Below, one piece after another: positions 45,278 to 53,243 of a stretch of 64,000 nt of DNA. Under the pieces are notes generated by a model. That model saw only the letters and a program-made list of their open reading frames with translations. It did not search any database and was not told the DNA's origin. Within the stretch, counting starts at the first letter, position 1. Each line of letters opens with the position of its first letter. The stretch spans positions 283,040 to 347,039 of the forward strand of contig CP066687.1 of assembly GCA_016432405.1 (NCBI GenBank), read 5' to 3'. The stretch is from Candidatus Giovannonibacteria bacterium (GTDB lineage Bacteria > Patescibacteriota > Minisyncoccia > UBA11713 > 2-01-FULL-45-33). Made by a program: the position numbers and the translations under genes.

Positions 45278-48200
45278 TTAAATTTTCTTAATCTCCTCCG
45301 CAATAATTGAAGGCGCGCCGTTGCGGAAGGAATATTTGCCGCGGATGGCGACGCAGTTGTTTTCCGCAATGTGTTCGGCGGCGTCGCGGAGCGCCCGCGG
45401 GAAAACAACTGCTTCAATCTCGTCTGTCGTATCCTGAAGCTTCAAAAAATACATTGATTCGCCGGTTTTCGTAAAAATCCGGCGCGTTGCCGCGATAAGC
45501 ACGGCCAGAGTCACCGGGGCAGCCGGTCTTTTGTTTTTAAAAACTTCTATGGTAAGAAGATTTTGATTGGCGAGCTTGGCCCGGGCTTTGTCCAGCGGAT
45601 GGCCTGAAATGTAGAGCCCCAAAAGCTCTTTTTCCCAATTCAGTTTTTCATCCAGCGTGGCCGGCCTGGTTTTTTCCAAACGGAGCGGCGGGACGGATGT
45701 TTTGTCGGACATTACGCTAAAGAGCGAGGATTGGCTGGCGGAGGCGGCCTGATGCGAGGATTTGGCGTATTCCAGAATTCTGTCCATATTCGCCAAAATC
45801 TCGTTCCTTTCGCCGAGTTCGTCCAAAGCGCCGGCTTTAGCCAATGATTCAATGGATTTTTTGTTCAGGTCTTTTGATTCAACTCTTTCCAAAAATTCAG
45901 CCAAAGATTTATAAGCGCCGTTCCGTTTCCTTTCGGCAATAATGGCCTCTACTATTCCGGCGCCCACATTTTTAATTGATAGAAGTCCGAAGCGAATCTG
46001 GTCTTCTCCGCCAGCTGGCGGAGGAGCGCCGCCGCTTTTAATTAAAGTAAAATCTTTATTGGAAACATTAATGCTCGGCGGGAGGACCGGTATTTCCATC
46101 CTTTTGCATTCGGTTATTATTTGCCCGATTTTTTCCGTGTCTCCGGCTTCAGCCGTAAGTATGGCGCACATGTATTCTCCGGGATAATTGGCTTTCATAT
46201 ACGCCGTCTGGTAAGCTACCCGGCCGTAGCTTGCCGCATGGGCTTTATTAAATCCGTATCCCTGGAATGGTTCAAATAATTTCCAGATTTTTTCCGCTTC
46301 CTCCTTTTTTATGTTGCTATGCTCCTGGCATCCTTTCACGAAAATTTCATGCTGCCTGGCCATTTCGGCCGGTATTTTTTTACCAACGGCCTTGCGGAAT
46401 TTATCAACTGACCCCCAGTCGTATCCGGCAAGCTCCATGGCCGTAAACAAAAGGTCATCTTGATAAACCAGAATGCCATAGGATTTTTCAAGAAACTTCG
46501 CTACTTTGGGGTGAAAATATGTCACTTTCCGCTCGCCGTGCTTGCGCGCGATATATTCGGGGATATTATTCATAGGTCCCGGCCTGTAAAGGGCGATCAT
46601 GGCGTTAATGTCATGTATGGTCGAGGGTTTGAGATCAGTAAGGTGTTTTGTCATTCCCGCTCCGTTTAACTGGAAAACGCCCTCCGTTTCTCCCCGTGCG
46701 AGCATCGCAAAAGTTTTGCCGTCATTGAATGGAATTTTTTCAATGTCAATCGTTATGTCGCGGTACTTCTGCACCATGCGGACCGCGTTTTCCAAAATTG
46801 CCAAATTGCGGATGCCTAAAAAATCAAGCTTAGTCAGCCCCACGCCGTCTTCGCCGACGGTGTACATATCGTATTGCGTTATCAGGTTATCGGTTCCCTT
46901 CGGGTCGTATTGTATTGGCACGTATTCCACGAGCGGCTTGGGCGCAATTACCACTCCGGCCGCGTGCACGGAAACGTGGCGAACCGTGCCTTCAAGTTTT
47001 TTTGCCGTATCAAGTATCTCGCGCGCTTCCTGGTTATTTTCATAAAATTTTTTCAGCTCCGGCTCAAGCTCCATGGCGTGCTCAATTGTCATCGGAAAGC
47101 CCTGCGAGCCCATCGGTATCAAGCGGGCAATCCGGTCTCCGGTTTCATACGATTTTCCGGTCGCGCGCGCAACGTCCCGCACGGCGCCTCTTGCCATCAT
47201 TGTGCCGAACGTGCCGATTTGGGCGACCTTGTCGGCTCCGTATTTATTTTTGGCGTAGTCAATAACTTCCTGCCTGCGGTTGTCGGCAAAGTCCATGTCT
47301 ATGTCCGGGGCCGAAGGGCGGAAAGGATTTAAAAAACGCTCAAATGGCAGTTGGAATTCCAGCGGGTTTACGTTGGTAATGCCGGAGAGATACGCGACCA
47401 GTGAACCCGCGACCGAGCCGCGAACGGTGGTATAAATTTTTGCTTCCCGCGCGAAACGTATGAGGTCGGCCACTACCAGAAAATAAGTTGAGTATCCTTT
47501 TCCTTCTATTACGCCAAGCTCGTACCGCAAGCGCTCTGTCGCCTCGCGGTCGCCGCGGAGGCCGTGCTCATCTGTCCCTTTTAATGTCAGCTCTTCCAGC
47601 ATTTGGTCGGCCGTTTTTTTGGGTTCCGGGGGGAAATTTGGGAAAATGAATTTGCCCAATGTGAGATTCACGTTGCATGCCTCCGCGATCTCTTCCGTGT
47701 TTTTGACTGCTTCCGGGATATCTTTGAAATATTCATTGGCTTCCTCGGTAGAAATTAAATGATAGTCGCCTCCTTCGGAGAAGATGGCGGTGTCTTCAAG
47801 GTCGGAGTTTGTTGAAATCGCGACTAAGGTTTTATGTGCAAGCTTGTCTTCAGGATGCGGATAATGCGAGTCCTGCGTCGCCGCCAGAGGGACGTTAAGC
47901 GCGCGCCCAAGTTTAATAAGAGCGTCTTTCCATTCGCGGTAATGCGGCATTTCCGGATGGTGCATGATTTCCAAGTAGTAATTTTCTTTCCCGAAAATTT
48001 CACGGTATTCTTTTATCACGGCATCGGCCTTTTCCATGTCTCCGGATTGTATTGCCCGCCCAAGCTCGCCGGCGGGGCATCCGGAGAGCGCGATGAGTCC
48101 CTCCGAATGCTTTCGGAGAAGTTCTTTATCAACTCGCGGCTTGTAATAATATCCTTCCAAGTGCGCGGCCGTCGTGATTCTTATCAAATTTTGGTAGCCG

Positions 48201-48487
48201 GCGTTGTTTTTCGCCAAAAGAGTAAGATGATAGCGCCTGTTGTCCACGTGCGGTTCTTTTTGAAATCTGGAGCGGTTGGCAATATACGCTTCAACTCCGA
48301 TAATCGGTTTTACTCCCTGCTTTTGGCATTTTAAATAAAACTCAATTACGCCGTACATCGCGCCGTGGTCGGTAATTGCGATTGCCGGCATTTTATGCTT
48401 TTTCGCAAGCCGCACGATATCGTCTATCTTGGAAAGGCCGTCCAGAAGCGAGTAGTGCGAATGGGTGTGGAGATGTACGAAGCTCAT
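45278..48487 (-). CDS. dnaE: DNA polymerase III alpha subunit
   Basis: PHP domain MSFVHLHTHSHYSLLDG, palm/fingers motifs, OB fold C-terminus; 1069 aa. Confidence 0.95.
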   Translation of the reverse strand: MSFVHLHTHSHYSLLDGLSKIDDIVRLAKKHKMPAIAITDHGAMYGVIEFYLKCQKQGVKPIIGVEAYIANRSRFQKEPHVDNRRYHLTLLAKNNAGYQNLIRITTAAHLEGYYYKPRVDKELLRKHSEGLIALSGCPAGELGRAIQSGDMEKADAVIKEYREIFGKENYYLEIMHHPEMPHYREWKDALIKLGRALNVPLAATQDSHYPHPEDKLAHKTLVAISTNSDLEDTAIFSEGGDYHLISTEEANEYFKDIPEAVKNTEEIAEACNVNLTLGKFIFPNFPPEPKKTADQMLEELTLKGTDEHGLRGDREATERLRYELGVIEGKGYSTYFLVVADLIRFAREAKIYTTVRGSVAGSLVAYLSGITNVNPLEFQLPFERFLNPFRPSAPDIDMDFADNRRQEVIDYAKNKYGADKVAQIGTFGTMMARGAVRDVARATGKSYETGDRIARLIPMGSQGFPMTIEHAMELEPELKKFYENNQEAREILDTAKKLEGTVRHVSVHAAGVVIAPKPLVEYVPIQYDPKGTDNLITQYDMYTVGEDGVGLTKLDFLGIRNLAILENAVRMVQKYRDITIDIEKIPFNDGKTFAMLARGETEGVFQLNGAGMTKHLTDLKPSTIHDINAMIALYRPGPMNNIPEYIARKHGERKVTYFHPKVAKFLEKSYGILVYQDDLLFTAMELAGYDWGSVDKFRKAVGKKIPAEMARQHEIFVKGCQEHSNIKKEEAEKIWKLFEPFQGYGFNKAHAASYGRVAYQTAYMKANYPGEYMCAILTAEAGDTEKIGQIITECKRMEIPVLPPSINVSNKDFTLIKSGGAPPPAGGEDQIRFGLLSIKNVGAGIVEAIIAERKRNGAYKSLAEFLERVESKDLNKKSIESLAKAGALDELGERNEILANMDRILEYAKSSHQAASASQSSLFSVMSDKTSVPPLRLEKTRPATLDEKLNWEKELLGLYISGHPLDKARAKLANQNLLTIEVFKNKRPAAPVTLAVLIAATRRIFTKTGESMYFLKLQDTTDEIEAVVFPRALRDAAEHIAENNCVAIRGKYSFRNGAPSIIAEEIKKI

Positions 48488-48562
48488 GTTGCCATTCTAG
48501 ACAAAAAAATTGCGATATGCTAGCTTGGGTTTAGGAAAAAAACTAGAGGGAGGGTCTAGATT

Positions 48563-49003
48563 ATGGATACTGCGAGGATAGTGGAAGTGAATACCGCGGC
48601 GCGCTCGCCTGAAGAAAGGCGACAGCTTTTTGACAAAATAAGAAATCAGCGTGATCCAGAAGCTTTCTGGGTTCTTTATGAACTCTATTTCGGCGATATG
48701 TGGGCGAAAGCGTTCCACTCACAGGAACGGAAAGCGATGCAAGAAGTCGTGCTCAATTTACTTGATTGCGTACTGGATGATTTCAAAAATAAAGATCAGC
48801 GCAGGGCCGCAGCATTTTTAGAGGCCACTATGCCGTTTTTACAGAATTCCGATCTTTTTCGGCTGGATTTGGTGGCGGTCAGCAAAATAGCAGACGCGCT
48901 GGCTGGCGAGCGCGATGCCAAAATCCATGATTCTCTAAGCAGAGTTCTCGCCGCCATAAAAGAGCGTTATCAGAAAGCGCAAGCAAAGAGCGAACCTGAA
49001 TAG
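48563..49003 (+). CDS. Hypothetical all-alpha protein
   Basis: agagggagggtctagattATG SD. Confidence 0.45.
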   Translation: MDTARIVEVNTAARSPEERRQLFDKIRNQRDPEAFWVLYELYFGDMWAKAFHSQERKAMQEVVLNLLDCVLDDFKNKDQRRAAAFLEATMPFLQNSDLFRLDLVAVSKIADALAGERDAKIHDSLSRVLAAIKERYQKAQAKSEPE

Positions 49004-49036
49004 CTATTGTCAGATTATGGAAGGAGGAGTAATGTT

Positions 49037-49366
49037 ATGGCTCGCATTATTATTTCAGCGACTATCGTTTGGCTGGTTGTCGGCATAGCTAGTCTTTATT
49101 TTCTTGACGCCAAAGAAGAATCAGACAAAGAAGACAGAGCGTTCCTTGATTTATGGAGGAAGCGAGGCAAAAACTCTCAGGCCAGCTGGAGCGACAAGGG
49201 CATGATTTGGGTTCTCAATCTTTACGAGTTGTTCGGGGTATTAGTTGGCCCGCTGGTTCTTTTGAAGACTTGCCGTTTTATCTTGCGATCATTTGCCGTT
49301 AACCTCGTTTCTTCCAGGCCTTTTCGCGCCACGTTTTTGGGTTTAGGGCTACTCCTTTTAGGGTAG
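49037..49366 (+). CDS. Hypothetical membrane protein
   Basis: aaggagg SD 9 nt before ATG 49037; two TM segments. Confidence 0.4.
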   Translation: MARIIISATIVWLVVGIASLYFLDAKEESDKEDRAFLDLWRKRGKNSQASWSDKGMIWVLNLYELFGVLVGPLVLLKTCRFILRSFAVNLVSSRPFRATFLGLGLLLLG

Positions 49367-49393
49367 CCATTTTTATTTTCCGCCGAATTTATA

Positions 49394-49436
49394 GTACTAT
49401 ACACTTTTGTACGATCGTGAGATTTTGTATAGTGTG
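49394..49436. repeat. CGATCG-loop hairpin element in the rnhB 5' region
   Basis: gtactatacacttttgtacgatcgtgagattttgtatagtgtg. Confidence 0.55.
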
Positions 49437-49473
49437 TTTTTAAATAAGAAATGCGGGTGTATGATTTAAGAAA

Positions 49474-50058
49474 ATGGCAAAAAAATATATCATAGGCGTG
49501 GACGAAGTTGGCAGGGGGCCTTTGGCGGGGCCCTTAACGGTTGCTGCAATCTTAAAGTGGGGCAGGATTAATTTTCGCGGGATCAAGGACTCCAAAAAAT
49601 TAAGCGCCAAACAAAGAGAAAAATGGCTTTTCAAAATTAAAAATCAAAAATTAAAAACCGAAAGTTTTGAGATTGCGGTCGCATCCGTCGGCGCGCAGAT
49701 AATTGACAAAATCGGCATAACCGCCGCGGCGCGCGTGGCTGTCGGGCGATCTTTGCGAAAATTTAAAATTAAAAATTCAAATTTTAAAATCTTATTGGAC
49801 GGCAGTCTTTACGCGCCGCGGACATATTTAAATCAGGAAACAATTATAAGAGGTGACGAAAAAATACCGCTTATCGCGGCCGCTTCAATTATCGCCAAAA
49901 CGCACCGCGACAAAAAAATGACAAAGCTCCACGAGCAGTTTCCGCAATACCGTTTTGACCTTCATAAGGGCTACGGCACAAAACTCCACCGCTCGCTTGT
50001 AAAAAAACACGGCCTTTCTGATATTCATCGTAGAACCTTTTGTACAAAGTTTATATAA
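49474..50058 (+). CDS. rnhB: Ribonuclease HII
   Basis: IIGVDEVGRGPLAGPLTVAAI; DEDD-type catalytic residues; about 190 aa. Confidence 0.9.
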   Translation: MAKKYIIGVDEVGRGPLAGPLTVAAILKWGRINFRGIKDSKKLSAKQREKWLFKIKNQKLKTESFEIAVASVGAQIIDKIGITAAARVAVGRSLRKFKIKNSNFKILLDGSLYAPRTYLNQETIIRGDEKIPLIAAASIIAKTHRDKKMTKLHEQFPQYRFDLHKGYGTKLHRSLVKKHGLSDIHRRTFCTKFI

Positions 50059-50084
50059 ACATCAAGTAACTACTCGCTAGTAAG

Positions 50085-50110
50085 TATCATACGCCATCGC
50101 GTGTTATACT
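50085..50110. repeat. Left 26-bp inverted repeat flanking PaaX-like gene 2
   Basis: tatcatacgccatcgcgtgttatact; 22/26 match to the reverse complement of 50671-50696. Confidence 0.6.
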
Positions 50111-50118
50111 GATTATAT

Positions 50119-50661
50119 ATGAGATATGGCAAATTAACCACTAAAATAATTTCTCTTCTTGCCGGAGGCTTGGTATTTAGTTTTGCTAGGGGACGAAGAC
50201 AGAAAAACGAGATTTTAAAGGAATGCGATAGAATTTGGCTTTCCATTGATAGAAATCAACTTTTTCATGCGTTAAACGTTTTGAAATTCGGCAAATTCTT
50301 AGAAATTAAAAACAAGGCCGATGGGACAAAATATGTCAACCTTACTTCCAAAGGAAAAAATAGGGCAGACAAGTTTTCATTGGAGGAACTCACTATTAAA
50401 AAACCGAACCGATGGGACAAGAAATGGAGGATTGTTATATTTGATGTTCCGGAAGATAGGAAAAGTTTGCGAGATGCATTGCGGAGGCGCCTAAAAATTT
50501 TAGGTTTTGCGGAATTTCAAAAAAGTGTATTTGCCTTTCCTTATCATTGCGAAGATGAAATAAATATTTTGATAAATTTTTTTGGTCTTCACGATCACGT
50601 CCGCTACCTAGAATCAACTTTGTCTTACGATTCAGATCTGCGCAAGCTTTTTGGTGTATAG
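50119..50661 (+). CDS. PaaX-like small regulator-like protein (wHTH + Cas2-fold middle domain), paralog 2
   Basis: NRWDKKWRIVIFDVPEDRKSLRDALRRRLKILGFAEFQKSVFAFP matches the PaaX core WDGKWLLLLSEGLDKSTLADVKKQLIWQGFG; N-terminal wHTH-like region. Confidence 0.55.
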   Translation: MRYGKLTTKIISLLAGGLVFSFARGRRQKNEILKECDRIWLSIDRNQLFHALNVLKFGKFLEIKNKADGTKYVNLTSKGKNRADKFSLEELTIKKPNRWDKKWRIVIFDVPEDRKSLRDALRRRLKILGFAEFQKSVFAFPYHCEDEINILINFFGLHDHVRYLESTLSYDSDLRKLFGV

Positions 50662-50670
50662 TCATCAATT

Positions 50671-50696
50671 AGTATACTACGCTATCGCGTATGATA
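50671..50696. repeat. Right 26-bp inverted repeat flanking PaaX-like gene 2
   Basis: agtatactacgctatcgcgtatgata. Confidence 0.6.
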
Positions 50697-50774
50697 TTGA
50701 ATGGTTAAAGTGAGTTAAACAGCTTGCCCTATTTTTTAGGGTTTGTTAGTATATCATTAGACAAGGAGGCATTT

Positions 50775-51188
50775 ATGGCAAAGCCAAAGAAAGAGAAGGT
50801 TTGGTTATTTAAAAAGCCGGTCGGAGATTCGGAAGTTATACAAAGGGGTAATTTGATGCGGAGGACGACCAGCGCCTTTACTTGCGGATTTTGCGGAACG
50901 CATCACAAAGAATTGAGCGAGACCGATGATGGACGCACCATTTTCCGGCTCCTAGGGCGCGATGGAGTTATGGAGTGTTGCGGCAAGCTTGTGGATATTA
51001 TCTACAGCGAGTGGAAAAACAACTTTGCCGAACATTTCCTTGGGGAGGAATTTTTTGCAAACCTCTTAGATAACAGGTTCTATATTCTCCGAGGCACATT
51101 ACTTCGAGCCATTGAGAAGTGGAAGCGTGAAGCTGATGAGGCAAGAAATAAAGCGGCCGAAGCGGAGGAGTTGGCAGTTGGTTTATAA
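50775..51188 (+). CDS. Hypothetical Cys-rich protein
   Basis: caaggaggcatttATG SD; CGFCGTHH...ECCGKL; terminator at 51203-51232. Confidence 0.45.
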   Translation: MAKPKKEKVWLFKKPVGDSEVIQRGNLMRRTTSAFTCGFCGTHHKELSETDDGRTIFRLLGRDGVMECCGKLVDIIYSEWKNNFAEHFLGEEFFANLLDNRFYILRGTLLRAIEKWKREADEARNKAAEAEELAVGL

Positions 51189-51257
51189 CCAGATGATAGC
51201 AAGGGCGGGAAATCCTGCCCCTTTTCTTTTTATAAATTAGGCGCTAAAATAAGTTTT

Positions 51258-51497
51258 ATGACAGTCCGAATGAGACATACGCCCTCGCATACGAAAAACC
51301 GGCGCTCGCACCACGCGCTCGCGCCGGCTTTTTTGGCAAAGTGCCCAAAATGCGGCGCGAAGGCCCTGCCGCATACTGTTTGCGGAAATTGCGGGTTTTA
51401 CAAAGGCAAAGAGGCGGTGGACGTGCTTAAAAAACTTTCTAAAAAAGAGAGGAAAGAAAAAGAAAAAGAATTAGCTCAAAAGGAACATGCCGGGTAG
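51258..51497 (+). CDS. rpmF: 50S ribosomal protein L32 (with C-terminal K/E-rich extension)
   Basis: MTVRMRHTPSHTKNRRSHHAL...CPKCGAKALPHTVCGNCGFYKGKE zinc-ribbon L32 signature. Confidence 0.8.
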   Translation: MTVRMRHTPSHTKNRRSHHALAPAFLAKCPKCGAKALPHTVCGNCGFYKGKEAVDVLKKLSKKERKEKEKELAQKEHAG

Positions 51498-51627
51498 TGA
51501 AAAACTCGATTGTTTTTAATTTTAAAAATACAATTTATAACGATAAATAGTGTTATTTGAAAAAAAGTAGTTATTAAATTAGCAATGTTAAAAACGAATT
51601 ATTTTTAATCGAGTTTTCTACTACCCG
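51491..51627. promoter_or_regulatory. Long inverted repeat (about 28-bp arms, 77-nt AT-rich loop) bridging the rpmF stop and nusB start
   Basis: cgggtagtgaaaaactcgattgtttttaat ... attatttttaatcgagttttctactacccg. Confidence 0.7.
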
Positions 51628-51628
51628 G

Positions 51629-52525
51629 ATGGCCAATAGGCACCTTTCAAGATCCATAGCAATGCAGTCCCTTTTTGAGTGGGATTTCAACGAAGGCCAA
51701 AAAGACATTAAGGCCCTTTTGGAGCGCGATTTAAAAGAGTTCGGCCCGGGTTTGGACGACGGCGGATTCGCGAAAAAGCTCGCCGAGGGAGTAGTGAAAA
51801 AGCAAAAAGAAATAGACGGCATAATAGAAAAAGCGGCGCCCGATTGGCCGATATCCCAGATTGCTCCAGTGGACAGAAACGTGCTGCGCGTCGGAATTTA
51901 TGAGCTTCTCTTCGGCAACCACAAAGAGGTTCCGCCGAAGGTGGCCATAAACGAGGCGATTGAGCTTGCTAAAAGCTTCGGAGGCGATTCTTCCGGCAGA
52001 TTCGTCAACGGCGTTTTGGGTACGATTTACCGCGAGCTTGGCGAGCCCGGCAAAAACGATACGTCGCAAAAACAAAAATACGAGCTGGATTTGGAAAAAC
52101 TGCCTAAAGAGGACTTGGTCGGAGCGGTAGTGGTGCGGCGCGATAAAAATCAAATTTTTTTTGCTTTAGTTCATGACGTATTCGGCTACTGGACTTTTTC
52201 CAAGGGGCATTTAGAAAAAAACGAAGAGCTTGAAAAAGGCGCTATGCGCAAAGTGAAGGAAGAGATGGGTGTTAAAAATTTGGATATAATAAAAAAAATA
52301 GGAGAGAATGAATATATCGCTTCTGACCCCGAGACCGGCCCTACGAGGCGCCGAGTCAATTATTTTTTGGCGGAGACGAAAGAAAGAGAGCTTAAATTGG
52401 CAAGCTCCGGAGGATTGGACGACGCGCGATGGTTTACTTTGGAAGAAGTCAGGGGACTTAAGATGTATTCGGACATAAAACCGATTTTGGACGCCGCTCT
52501 TAAAGAATTAAATCTTAAATTATAA
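51629..52525 (+). CDS. nusB: NusB-NUDIX hydrolase fusion protein
   Basis: N-terminal NusB (HLSRSIAMQSLFEWDF...NRFVNGVLGTIYREL); C-terminal Nudix domain with box GHLEKNEELEKGAMRKVKEEMGV. Confidence 0.8.
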   Translation: MANRHLSRSIAMQSLFEWDFNEGQKDIKALLERDLKEFGPGLDDGGFAKKLAEGVVKKQKEIDGIIEKAAPDWPISQIAPVDRNVLRVGIYELLFGNHKEVPPKVAINEAIELAKSFGGDSSGRFVNGVLGTIYRELGEPGKNDTSQKQKYELDLEKLPKEDLVGAVVVRRDKNQIFFALVHDVFGYWTFSKGHLEKNEELEKGAMRKVKEEMGVKNLDIIKKIGENEYIASDPETGPTRRRVNYFLAETKERELKLASSGGLDDARWFTLEEVRGLKMYSDIKPILDAALKELNLKL

Positions 52526-52527
52526 AG

Positions 52528-53241
52528 ATGAAAGACCTGAAAGCATTTGAAAAAATTTTGGGAGTAGAATTTAAAAACCGGGAGATTTTGACGCAAGCTT
52601 TGACCCATCGGTCTTATCTGAATGAGAATCCGGAAATTTCCGGCGGGCCCGCCTCATCGGCTGACAAGCACAACGAACGTCTGGAGTTTTTGGGAGACGC
52701 CGTTTTGGAGCTTGCGGTGACTGAGCATATTTACGGAAAGTTTCCGGAAAAGCCCGAGGGCGAACTTACCTCACTCCGCGCGTCTTTGGTCAACGCCAAT
52801 ATGCTGGGCGACATCGCCCGGGATTTGGATTTCAATAATTTTCTCCTCCTCTCCCGGGGAGAAGCGAAAGACGTGGGGCGGGCACGCCAGTATATTCTGG
52901 CGAACGCTTTTGAGGCCGTAGTCGGCGCGATTTACATGGACCGGGGGTACGGCGCGGTGCGGGATTTTATTATTAAAGTTCTCGCGCCGAAAATTTCTGA
53001 AATTTTAGAAAAAAAACTTTACAGGGACGCCAAGAGCTTTTTCCAGGAGCAGGCGCAGGAAAGGGTTGACGTTACTCCGACCTACGGCGTTATCAAAGAG
53101 TGGGGCCCTGACCACGACAAGCATTTTATCGTCGGAGTTTATTTGGGAAAAGAATTGGTCGCGGAGGGCGAGGGGCCATCCAAACAGGAAGCCCAGCAGC
53201 AGGCCGCTGAGGCGGCGCTTAAAATAAAAAATTGGGAATAG
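52528..53241 (+). CDS. rnc: Ribonuclease III
   Basis: Signature ERLEFLGDAVLELAV; C-terminal dsRBD. Confidence 0.9.
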   Translation: MKDLKAFEKILGVEFKNREILTQALTHRSYLNENPEISGGPASSADKHNERLEFLGDAVLELAVTEHIYGKFPEKPEGELTSLRASLVNANMLGDIARDLDFNNFLLLSRGEAKDVGRARQYILANAFEAVVGAIYMDRGYGAVRDFIIKVLAPKISEILEKKLYRDAKSFFQEQAQERVDVTPTYGVIKEWGPDHDKHFIVGVYLGKELVAEGEGPSKQEAQQQAAEAALKIKNWE

Positions 53242-53243
53242 AT

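Noticed and set aside
45942-48334. Plus-strand ORFs inside dnaE (45942.., 46599.., 46874.., 47834..)
   Set aside because: Antisense to a 1069-aa conserved gene; Arg/Ser-rich translations typical of GC-rich antisense frames.
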